A stretch of 64,000 bases of DNA, taken from assembly GCA_951406725.2 (NCBI GenBank), contig OX597820.1:64108001-64172000 (forward strand), given 5' to 3'. A model generated the notes under the pieces. That model had not been told where the DNA came from. It did no database searches and saw only the letters and a program-made list of their open reading frames with translations. Source of the stretch: Octopus vulgaris (lineage: Eukaryota). Shown one piece after another: positions 52,086 through 64,000 of this stretch (its first letter is position 1; each line of letters starts with the position of its first letter). A program made the translations under genes and the position numbers.

Positions 52086-52653
52086 TTCATCCGGAATAAT
52101 CGGTGTGTAGAAAATAAACCTAGCCTGAATAAAAAACTAGAATGGAGCACTAACACACACCACAACATATGACTATAGAGGATCCTGAAAACATAATAAA
52201 TACACAGATAAATAAATAAATAACTATATATATATATGTGTGTGTATATGTATATATATATATTTTTTTTTCGATTCAATTTATTATTATTATTACTAGT
52301 ATTGTTGTTATACATACATACATACAAGCATATGTAATGATAATAATGGGTGGATGTAAACACATGAACAAAATAAGAATAAACAAAAACAAAAACAAAA
52401 ACAAAAAACAAAAAATGAAAAACAAAAAAAACAAAATACAAAATACAAATTACATGAACATATAAAATTACAAATTACATGAACATATATAAACAGAAGA
52501 TACAAATATTACAGGCATCCCCCACATACACACACTAAATAAACATAAACGCACATAGAGATATAAGCATGCGCAAATGAAGACATACAATAGAAATACA
52601 AAATGGCTGACGGTTAGTAAGGAGAGACACAAATAAGTGAGAAGAAAACAAAG

Positions 52654-52697
52654 GACCACTGATGCGGTCACAGGAGTGTGACGAAAGAACTCTGGCC
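52654..52697 (+). ncRNA. Degenerate hammerhead ribozyme motif
   Basis: gaCCA CTGATGC g GTCACA ggag TGTGAC GAAA gaac TC TGGcc; perfect 6-bp stem II but A9 is changed. Confidence 0.5.
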
Positions 52698-52872
52698 GAA
52701 ATAAGATTAAGATTAATGTAAAAAATAAATAACACTGAAGCAAAGTAACACCAAATATATAGTGCGTGTGTTTTTATTGGCTAAACTGGCAAAAGGACCA
52801 TTCCGAAATATAACAATATCTGTTTCAACACACGACTTCACATAAAAAATCTTGCACAACAAATATTTAAAC

Positions 52873-52931
<59 letters not shown>

Positions 52932-52959
52932 CATCTATATATATATACATATGTATACA

Positions 52960-53002
<43 letters not shown>

Positions 53003-53057
53003 TTATACATATACATACATAAATAAATATATAAATAAATATATATATAATCCAGGC

Positions 53058-53274
53058 TATATATGTTTCATAGCGATTGAAATCTCAGAAGTGGTGAAAT
53101 CCATGTGAGGTGTATACCACCGGCTACACTTCTGACTGAATCAATTCGTCAACATGTAAATCTCTGCGACAATGTAGCCTGTAATCTAATCCTGGGCTAG
53201 AAGTATTGCCGATGGTATACATCTCAATTTGATTTTACCTCTTCTGAGTTTCCACTCCCTATAAACCATATCTA
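53058..53274. repeat. Imperfect hairpin or MITE-like palindrome
   Basis: 53058-53134 pairs imperfectly with 53198-53274 (ctcagaag/cttctgag, tgtatacca/tggtataca). Confidence 0.75.
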
Positions 53275-54216
53275 ACCACATATTGTTTCCACATATTGTT
53301 TTATTTTTTCGCACACTGGGAATATAAAATTACATTTTTTCAGCTCATCGTTCCGTTTCAATAAAACACTTTTAATATTCACTACGTATTCACTACGGAT
53401 TGCTCGACACTCACAAATTAAGAGGAATGACCACCAAAGTGGATTTCTAATATGCTAAAGATAGACGTTAAATTGCCTTACCACGAAGATTGTGTTCTCA
53501 AAAAATTTTCAGTAAACGCTAGAATGTTTATATACACACATAGAGAGAGAGAGAGAGAGTGAGAGCGACAGAGACAGACAGACACACAGACACACAGACA
53601 CAGATAAATAGATAGATAGATAGATTGATTGATAGATTGATTGATTGATTGATTGGTTGTGTGTGTGTGTGTGTGGTTTGTGTGAGCGTGTATGTGATTA
53701 CGTGTGTAATTACGATGCTACTCTATTTTTCAACTTGCTGTAGATGAAACTGACGATTCTGATTATATTATTTGTCCCTTTAAGTATAAAATAACGGATA
53801 ATTCTATCGTTTAGATGACTAAGAATATTGCATAATTTCCCAATAATTAATAGAAAATATGATTATAGTGTCTTGAAAGCAATGATTAATATTTCGTTCA
53901 TTCTCAATCTACGTTAGACATACTAACCAATGATTAAACATATCGCTTCTTGTTGAACGTTAAAATATTGAATTATAATGTCTCGTAATTTACAACCCTT
54001 CTACTCGACGCTTCTGTAATGGTTCTTGATTTAATGATTTAATGTACGTATAGTGAGCTGACCTTAAGTAGTCCAGCATGGGATAAATTCTAGTGAATAT
54101 TAAGAGGTAAAGAAACATATTAATGGATTAGAAGATTCGGTAGAGCTTTCGAATTAATGCTTGTGATATTTAGTTAAGATTTTGTATTTTGGAGTCGAAA
54201 TTCATTGCGCTGTGTA

Positions 54217-54625
54217 GGAGCAGGTATGGCTGTGTAGTCTCAGGAGTGACTGTGTGGTAAATAGCTTGTGTACCTACCACACGGTTCCGTGTTCAGTCTC
54301 ACTGCGTGGCATCTTGGGCGAGTGTCTTCTAGTATATCATCGAGCCGACCAAATCCTTGTGATTCGATCTGGTAGAGAGAAACTGAAAGAAGCCCGTCGT
54401 ATTTATACATATGTATATGTTTGTGTGCCTGTTTTTGTTCCCCACCATCGTTTCACAACCGATGTTGGTTTGTTTATGTCCCCGTAACCTAGCGGTTCGG
54501 TAAAATAGTGCGATAGAATAAGTACTAGGCTTACTAAGAATAAGTCCCGGGGTCGATTTGTTCGACTAAAGGAGGTGCCGTGCATGGGCGTAACTAATGA
54601 CTGAAACAAATAAAAGAATGAAAAA
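54217..54625 (+). mobile_element. Full-length SINE family A
   Basis: Colinear with 11216-11616, with a short internal microsatellite. Confidence 0.82.
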
Positions 54626-54654
54626 TAAATGAATATATATATATATATATATAC

Positions 54655-54685
<31 letters not shown>

Positions 54686-55331
54686 CATATGTACATACAC
54701 ACATATATACATACGTATATATATATATGCCTTTTCTTTCAGTCATCGGATCGGGACCATGTTGAGGCGTGATCTTGAACGGTTTAATTCATGCAAAATA
54801 AATTTTCACTCCAGTAGAGTTGGCAATCAAAAAGATATTACATTGATTGCTTGGTTGCTTGGTTGGCTGAATTAGTCGGGTATTGGACAAATATGTCTTG
54901 TGCTGTTTAAATAAAGCCATTTATGTTTTGAATTCACACCCTTCCGCTACCTGTTTTCCCCCTTTTTTATTCCGTGATCGATTACATAAGATATAATTTA
55001 AGCCCTAGGATCGATGTACTCGGCTCTCACCTCCTCCCGCTATACAAAATTTATGGCGTTTGGCCTATGTTACAAAAGTATTAATAGAAATATTGCTAAT
55101 TATCACAGTGAACTAGAAGAACTAATAGATCCTCAGAAAAAATATATGGTACTGTTTATTTTGTACTTTTTAGTTCTGAGGTATTCAATTAAGTAAAATG
55201 CTAGTAAATTTAGGTTATTATAATCGTAGATGTACTATACGCCGTAAAAAAGAGTAAAAACGATGGCGTGCTCTCTGATTGAATGCCTCTAGTTCATACG
55301 TTGACTCACCTTGTGGTCACACAACAGCAAC

Positions 55332-55524
55332 GGTGGAGACGAAATGGCCCAGTGGTTAGGGCAGCGGACTCACGGTCGTAAGAACGCAGTTTCGATTCCC
55401 AGACCGAGCATTGTGAGTGTTTATTGAGCAAAAACACCTAAGCTCAACGAGGCTCCGGTGGAGGGGGTGAACCCCGTTGTACTCTTTCACCACAACCTTC
55501 TCTCACTCTTTCTTCCTACTTCTG
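55332..55524 (+). mobile_element. SINE family E, 5' part
   Basis: A box TGGCCCAGTGG, B-box-like gtttcgattccc; matches 43774-44153. Confidence 0.78.
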
Positions 55525-55807
55525 CCACAAAGCAGAGGAACCATGGTGTAACCCACTATGGTGTGGTAAACTTTCAGACCCTAGTCTAGATTGCGAATCC
55601 TCTGTACCCCAGGATGGTTCAGCCCTCCACCCGTTAAAAGCCACTGTTTACAGAATGAGGATAACAATGTAGCTTTCGCGTCCGTGCAACCCCAGTATAT
55701 CGCATGTGGTGGGTGGATCTTCAAGTTGCCACACACATTCTTAGTAGACTAGAGTAGGCTCGGATTAGAGATTATTCTTTGTGGCTAATGACGTGAGTCC
55801 TGATTGG

Positions 55808-55900
55808 AAGAAGAAGAAGAAGAAGAAGAAGAAGAAGAAGAAGAAGAAGAAGAAGAAGAAGAAGAAGAACAACAACAACAACAACAACAGCAACAACGAC
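55808..55900. repeat. (GAA)n(CAA)n microsatellite
   Basis: Direct reading. Confidence 0.95.
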
Positions 55901-58900
55901 AATAGTACAAAAGTAAACAGAAATTTCTTAATATCTACATATTAAAGTAGCTTGCTGTGAAGGAAAAGAAAAGACTTGTTCCATGCTGGTCTTACATTAA
56001 ACCAGTGTACTGGTCCTATGGAGAACCAATGATATTTTGCCTACTATAAAAAAAACTTGCTCTGTCCTACACTCTGGATAATGGTTTATCGTGTGGAGGT
56101 GCATATTGAATAAGCAACAACAAAGCCCTTAGATATACTCTAAAATATATATCATAGAAGTCGCCTGGCAAATATCCTTTTAATGTTTTTTTCATATTCT
56201 AGTATTTATAGAAAAAAGGTTAAACAATATATGACCAAAGATATTCTAGAAATGACATTCTCGTCTATTTTAGAGGTATTTGAATGATATAAGCCTATGC
56301 GATACTCGTTGTTTAAGACGGTGAAATTTAATTTGATAAATCTCTTATTTCAACTTCTAGGATGTTGAATGATGAAGTGATGAAACACAAATGTTTGCTT
56401 GTGGCTCAACTGTCACACTTCATTACAAATATGGATAAAACACTTGAAAATATTTAAACATATTGTAAAGCGACGAGCTTGGCAGAATTGTTAGCATTAT
56501 TTCGTCCGTCTTTCCGTTGTGAGTTCAAATTCCGTCGAAGTTGACTTTGCCTTTCGAGGTCGATAAAATAAGCACCAGTTGAACGCTGGTGTCGATATAA
56601 TCGACTTTAATCTTCCGCTCAATTTGCTGGCCCTGTACCAAAGTTTCAAACCAATATTGAATCATATAACCAACATTTGCCCTAATCAGTTACGTGGCTA
56701 AATATTCGGCTTAATTACTAATGTGGCCAGCTAGTATGAGATATATTCAATGGTTTTCTGCTGTATAATGACTTCCACACTTCTTTTAGACTGAGAAATG
56801 ACAGTCTAGGCATAATAGCTGATGAAACATCTTGCCGTATTTGATAGCTTCTTTTAAGTTGTGTGCTTAAATTCAACAAATGTTGACTTTCGTTTTCATC
56901 CGTGTGTGTTATATGGAATGAGAGGTAGTTGAAATTTTGTGTCCATAAAAGCTGTAGAATTTGAGGCTTAAGGCAATGTCAGAAATCTGATTTAAATAAC
57001 AAAGGTCATTGAAATACAATAGGTCTATAGAGTAATTATGGCTACAGGCATGGTTGTATGCTTAAGAACGTTGCTGCACAACTCCGTGGTTTCTGCTCAG
57101 CTCCCACTGTGTAGCAATTTGGGCTACTGTCTTCTATCATAGCCTCGGGTAAACCGAAGCAGCGTCAGTACAATATGCCGGAGGATGTCATTCCTCTTCT
57201 GCATGACAGCCATAATCCCTCAGCTCTTTTTCTTTCAATCATTTGGATATCTCTGGTGTGAATATTAACCATTTCTTTCTTCTTTTCCTTTCCTCTTTTC
57301 TTCTTCCTTCCTTTCTGTTTTGTTTGTTCTTAATGGTTTTAGCACAGCGATTATATGTCTAAATCACATAATATCATGCATGTCCCATCATATCGGCATC
57401 GCATTTTAATTGTTATTTTTAATCCGTAAATATCAATAAAATTAGCAGCAGTGGTAATTCGAGGATAGCAGCTCAATATGAGATTGCCATACTGACTCTT
57501 CGAAAACTTGTAAAAGATCAGTTGAAGGCGTTCAGTTGACAGAATCATTAACGCGTTGTAAAAATTCTTAGCGGAATTTCTTCTGGTTTTACGTTATCAA
57601 TCCGAATGCCACATTTTGGTGGGGTGGGGTTTTCGATAAATAAGCACTAATTGAACATTGGGATCGATGTAATCGATCATCATCCTCCTCCAAAGTTTTC
57701 AGGCCTCGTGCTTATAAGAGAAATGTTACTTAGAACATTGAATTGGCCGAGTCAGTAAAGTAGCCGCAAATGTATTACGGTGTTTAGTCAAGTTCCTTTA
57801 CATTATGATTTCGAATCCTGTTGAGGAATAATGTACACTTAGCCCATTCCTAGGTGATTAAATATAATACCACCGTCGACTCCGTTGACTGTTCAACTAG
57901 CCAAATGTATTTTGCCTTGTTTTTGTTAGTTAGAATTTGCTATTTATATAAATGTAATTTAAATAATAGATTGCTTTATACAACTTCGCCATTTTCAGAA
58001 AATGAGATGAAAAACTTTCTTTTTTGGTAAGTGAAATCTTCGAGTGGCATGGAAAATGTATTGTTTCTTTCTTCTGTTATTTTTTTCTTTTCCTTACAGT
58101 TATTTTTATATCTTTTATCTTCATTTATTTATTTGTGTCTTGAGAAAATTTACGTCAAAATGATTATTCAATTAAATGAAATATACAGAATAAATGTAAT
58201 TATAATAATATACCCATGTCGTCTGTCAGGGCGAAGGCTTCAATAAATGTTGCTTCGATTTTTATTATTTTTTTTGTGTGTGTAAATTCAATTTGAAATT
58301 CAGAATTCTGTTGTTTTTTTTTGTTCTTTTTTCATTTTTTAGTGAATTTCATTTTCAGTTTTTAAATTTTCACTTTCGTTCTGATTTCCCTCTGGATTTG
58401 AACATTTTCAATCGTAGATTAGAAAAAAATGTTAATATTTTGGAAATATTAATTCCTAAAATAGACAGACGCAAGACCACACGATTTTATGTCGGGCTAA
58501 ATTTTATCACATCAACCTCAGTTGCTAACTGGTACTCTATATTTCTCGATCCACATAAGACTGAAAACAGAATCATATACAAGTGTAATACTATATATTG
58601 AAAGTATAAAATCCGAGAAAATGTACCGGTTCTTTGCATTGTCAAGAAATAAATACAAATGATTTCCAAAGTAGAAGAAGCCACTCGATAGATGAGCAAG
58701 GTTTCATGAAGGGATGCGTTTTACGAAGTTTTCTCACTGAAATAGAAGATTTCACATCTTCCTCACTATAATAATGTCTCAATTTCTAAAAAGTTACGTG
58801 TAAATTTTGTGATTTGACTGTCTGCAAACTGAGTTCAAATTCTGCCAAGGAGAAATTTGTCTTCTGTCCATTCGGGGTGAATAAATAACTGGGACTTACT

Positions 58901-59284
58901 CTTGTTCTTTAACTGTTTCTCTGTCTCTCTCCTCGTCTTTGACAGACGTAGATCGGTAAAAGTCGTTAGATTGTAAGACTGCTTTGTGGAAATTGTTCCC
59001 GCTGTTTGTGATTTGAATTCTAATTCCCACTGATGAGAAATTTACCTCTTCTCTATCTGGGCTCGATGGATAACTGGGGTTGATTCTTCTATTTCCTTAA
59101 CACTTTCTTCCTGCCCATCACTTACACTACTTAAACAGAAAGTGATTGTGGTCAGACCTGAAGGATATCTTCCCCTCATCCAAGTGCCCGGAACAAGCTG
59201 AATGTCAGGACGGTGCCCTTCTGACACCATACCGGATCAGTTAAGGTTTTATGACACTCTGAGACAATTTTGTTTTCGTAGGTT

Positions 59285-59510
59285 TCCAATTTTAACAGAA
59301 GGCCAGCAAGTTTAGGGGAAGGAGGAAGACGATTACATCGATCCCAGTATTACATCGATTACCAGTACGTAACTGGTAATTATCTAATCGACCCCGAGAG
59401 GATGAAAGGCAAAATCGACCTCGGCGTCATTTGAAATTAGAACAAAAGACGGACAAAATGCCACTAAACATTTTACCCGGCCGGCTAACGATTCTGCCGG
59501 CTCACCACCT
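59285..59510 (-). mobile_element. SINE family B copy
   Basis: gatgaaaggcaaaatcgacctcggcg and gctaacgattctgcc; other degraded copies at about 9165-9370, 21965-22130, 56470-56655 and 57545-57725. Confidence 0.75.
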
Positions 59511-60736
59511 TATTTTGTTATCGTAGCAAACAGTTACTGTAAATAGTGACTTTATCAGTGCACACACTGACTAATGATAGAATAATAATTTCGTGCACTC
59601 ATTAATATGTGTTGCTCCGAGACTGACTAATTATTTCGCAAAATATTTTCTGCTACTACTCGGTTGCACTCTGTTATATTATAAACCAAAATAATTTCTA
59701 GTTTCAATTGTCTAAAATATAATCCTAGCGGAGAGGTATGGTCATAAAACTAGTAACACGAGTACAAAAATTAAAAGATTTTAGCAGAACTCATATGCGA
59801 TTTTCAAAACAAATACAAAAATAGAACATCGAACCTAGATCTGTATTTTAATGACAGAAAAAAAAAACCCTCACTGTTGTAATTTTAATTAATCATTAAA
59901 AGAAAGCGAAAATATTTTGTGGGAAGAATATATTCCTGTAAAAGCAAAGAACGCAAAACGCATCCAGGCTATTACGAAAGTAATTATGAATATCATATTT
60001 TTTTTATTAGATAAACATTTATTATATTTTATCGAAAGCGTCGTTATCTCGTACTAGTCAGAATGTTTCAAACTGAATTCAGTTTAAAAGACAGTAACGA
60101 AATTATAGGGTAACCATTAATTAACCAACAATAGACTGATCGCATTCTCGAAGCCCGGACCTGTACAAGATACGTTACTACTGCTGTCGGTGGTTTGTGT
60201 CCGCTTAATCCACAATAATCTAGACATTTAATGAAAGGCGTGCCAGTTCTGATAATCCTGTTTATTTTCAGCTTTACATAACTCATCCGAGACAATCTTA
60301 TGCAATTCGCCCTTTCTTTCCTTTTTGAATACCGTAGGGTGTTAATAAATTAAAATTACGCAACAATTTCTAACAGCTTTAACAACCATCAAAGAATTAA
60401 ATCTTCATTAATTGTACTCATGTCTACACCCACAATAGGAGGTTAAACATGGTTGCTAGAAGAAAAAGACACGTCATCAATATTGTGTCTGTTTTTTTTT
60501 TTCATATTTAGATGGATGGATTTACTCTGTCACCGAACTCTAAACTTCATGAATGATATTTTCTAAAATAAAACTTAGTAGGAAATTATTTCTCTCGGCC
60601 ATGATTTGCTTCTTTAATTCATCTTTATGTCTGAAAGTTAGCTTATACGGATGAATATACATATACAAGCATACATACATACATATATACATAAACACAT
60701 ACTTTTATAAACACATATACATGTATACAAACGAAA

Positions 60737-60807
<71 letters not shown>

Positions 60808-60809
<2 letters not shown>

Positions 60810-60953
60810 CGCAGGTGTGGCTTCCCAACCAACATGGTCCTGGGTTCAGTCCCACACTGTGTGGTATCTTGGGTATGTGCCTTCTTCCATTATAGCCTCG
60901 GGCCGGCCAAAGCATTGTGAGTGGATTTGCTAGATGGAAAGTGAAAGAAGCCC

Positions 60954-61021
<68 letters not shown>

Positions 61022-61271
61022 ATCCAAGCAAGGAAGCACAAAAAAAACACAACGCGAGGACGTGGAACAAATATAGTATTATTGGACGCTCAGGAAAGAA
61101 GGAAATAAGAAGGGTTTAACGTTTCGAGCGGAGCTCTTCGTCGGAAACATAGGGGAAGGAAAGATCCAGAGAAGGGAAGACAGAGGAAAAAATCGCCAAC
61201 GGTACACACGTGGTCATATATATATAGGACGGTCTTCTTTCACTTTCCATCTAGCAAATCCACTCACAAGG

Positions 61272-61350
<79 letters not shown>

Positions 61351-61543
61351 TGTCTTGAAAACCGGTATTGGTGTGCTTACATCCTCGTAACTTAACGGTT
61401 CGGGAAAAGAATCCGATAGAATAATTACAAGGCTTAAAAAACATAAGATCTGGAGTCGATTTGTTTGGCTAAAACTCTTCGAGACGGTGATCCGACATGG
61501 CCGCTGTCAAATAACTGAAACAAGTGAAATAATAAAAGCAAAA
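60808..61543 (+). mobile_element. SINE family A interrupted in its internal microsatellite
   Basis: 5' half 60808-60956, 3' half about 61345-61543, with a family G element and an inverted fragment between. Confidence 0.78.
61018..61216 (-). mobile_element. HHR-bearing element, family G
   Basis: Minus strand 61114-61148: GTTT CCGACGA a GAGC tcc GCTC GAAA cgTT AAAC; TA runs on both sides. Confidence 0.78.
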
Positions 61544-61597
61544 AGGATATATATCTATGTGTGTATGGGTGTGTGTGTGTGTAGATAGATAGATAGG

Positions 61598-61677
<80 letters not shown>

Positions 61678-62619
61678 GATTCATTCATACAGATATGTTG
61701 TGCATAGACATTTTGTACATACTCCATTTAAAGAAAATGATAATAGAAAAAAAACTAGTGTCAAATGACAGCAAAGAACTTTACCGAGAGACAAGAACTG
61801 TAAATGGATGTTTTAAAGAGAAAGAATTACACGCCATAAACTATTATGTAATTTTGAACACTGCCATATTGACTATAACTGATGTTACTGCAATTTACAT
61901 ATTGTGATATGAGAAACCAGTTCTTAATATCATCACACACCATATCATATGGATTATTTGATTTTATATGAGAATTATAAAATAATTTATTAATTTCATG
62001 CGGTCTATATTATGTTAGAGAATATTTCTCGTCCATTTATTGGGAACATTACACTAATTAAATGTCTAAATGTCTGAGGTGAGTTACTGCTAATAAGATT
62101 ATAATTTTCGAACTATTAATCGAATATTTAAAGATCAAACGTTTTTACACACATCACATGGACATCGACACTTACATTTCGATCTGTTAGATTTTCGATC
62201 GTGATCACGTGTATTCTTCCAGGTTATTTAATATAGACATGAGTGTTTCTCTACATCTTTTTTTTTAACTGATTTCCAGCTTCGAATCTTAGTCCGATAT
62301 TGCATAATAAGCAGGATTCATTCGGCTGCGAGCAGAAAGCAGGTTGAACCTGAAAGTGTAGCTTTATGTTGATAAGTAAATAATGAGTAGCTCTCTCAGA
62401 CTTCTCATTCTCTCAAACAAACACTCACGCATTCACATATATAAAATCAGCGGGTTCGAGAAATAATATATATTTATGTCACTAAGTGATTTCCATACGA
62501 TTACACCCGTTTCACAAGCTTTCTCACGTGACATTAATTTCAGCATGCAAGAAATTATAAGTACATGCTTGCAGTAATATATCTGCTCGCTCAGCATTAT
62601 GCAGTGCAATAATATATCA

Positions 62620-63475
62620 CAAAAGTACAGTTCCCCAAATTACTGTAGAGCTTAATCACCACCGCGAGAACCCAGTTTCCACAAAAACTGTTCGCCGGGA
62701 GCAGCACAAAGCCGGATTTCACGGGAAGGCTGCAATCAAGAAACCACTACGTTCAAAAACAAACGTTGCAAAGCGTTTAGAGTGGAGTAAAAACCTACAA
62801 AATTGGACGCTAGAGCAGCAGAAGAATGCTATTTTCTCGGACGAGTCATCTTTTACCATATTTCCGACCACCGGCCGAGTATACGCGAAGAGGTAGCAAA
62901 AAGAAGCGTTTGACCCAGACTGCCTTCTTCTAACTATTATATATGGAGATGGATCTGTGAAGATCTGGGGTGGGACTATATCTTGGAAATCTGCCGGCCC
63001 AATGGTTTCCCTTGATGGCAGAATTAATAGATAAGACTATTTAAGCATGTTATCTGGACAAAATTCATCCTATGTTTGTGGAAGTGTTTCTGGAGAGAAA
63101 TGCAATCCTTCAGGATGATAATGCACCAATTCACACAGCTAAAATTGTTACTGAATGGCACGAGGAACATTTTAGTGAAGTTGAGCATCATATCTAACCA
63201 CAACATTCCTCGGATCTCAATATTATTGAATATTTATGGTGTATTTTAGAAGAACAATTAAGGATTCGATAACCTCCACCATCATCATTATAAGAATTGG
63301 AGGCTGTTTTAGCTGAAGAATGGACAAAAATTCCTTTAGAAACAATTCAAACTTTTGTACGAGTCCATACCTCGTAGATTTCAAGCAGTAATTGCTGCCA
63401 AGTGCAGTACAACTACATGTTAAAATTAATTTGTTTGAAATTTTAAGGTGTTTCCATTATTTTGTCCAATCCCTG
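62620..63475 (+). mobile_element. 5'-truncated Tc1-like (DD34E) transposon
   Basis: VSTKTVRR, AIKKP, KRLEW, IFSDESSF, LQDDNAPIH, SSDLNIIEYLW; right end tccattattttgtccaatccctg looks like a TIR. Confidence 0.9.
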
Positions 63476-63482
63476 TGTATAT

Positions 63483-63565
<83 letters not shown>

Positions 63566-64000
63566 GTTCCAATACTTTAAACGCAGTTCTGTCTCAAAAG
63601 ACATTACCTGCGGCAAATGGACAACAAAACAACTAACAAAGACAACGCGACGAAAGCTACAAATATTTCCATGTTGATGTTTTGTTAGCTTTCAAATTGC
63701 TATTGTTACTTCTGTTTGGAAACTATATAAATTTTAATCAAATATTCTTATCAATTTTTATTTTTAAATATATGCTATAATTTCAGACAGACTCTGATAG
63801 GTGTATTGGTTTTTTGTCTTTGATGATATTCTCGGTGTTTTTAGCTGTTATTTTCCTGGGTTTTTATTTGTTCTAAATTTAAAAATTGCTATCCTAGTTA
63901 TCACTTCTTATTGTAATTAGATTATCTGCTGTGGCTGTTATGCTGTTTTTGTACTTTTTCTAAAGTTGTTTTGTTTGGGTGCGTATACATATATATAGAC

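Overview
AT-rich, microsatellite-saturated animal genomic DNA with one 100-N assembly gap (22938-23037). The repeat landscape resembles a coleoid cephalopod (Octopus-like); this is an inference from recognised repeat types, not proof. I found no host protein-coding gene, rRNA or genuine tRNA that I can support. Almost all ORFs in the track are translations of microsatellites. The window is intergenic or intronic and filled with decayed mobile DNA: several tRNA-derived SINE families, 3' fragments of REL-endonuclease (R4/Dong-like) retrotransposons sitting in (TAA)n, RTE and L1/Tx1-like LINE fragments, two mariner relics, a Tc1 relic, a Helitron-like element and a compound 9-bp/22-bp minisatellite. 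The most notable signal is non-coding: about 16 intact, variant or decayed minimal type I hammerhead ribozyme (HHR) motifs from several sequence families. They sit in short Penelope-like modules, mostly at (TA)n tracts and often in inverted (fold-back) duplications. Highlights are a Penelope terminal repeat that joins a tRNA-like Pol III promoter to an HHR, a 750-bp near-perfect fold-back carrying HHRs with a compensatory U3:A8 core, and a family with a non-canonical CUGU core. All folds were read by eye; no activity has been shown. Element boundaries are approximate unless stated.
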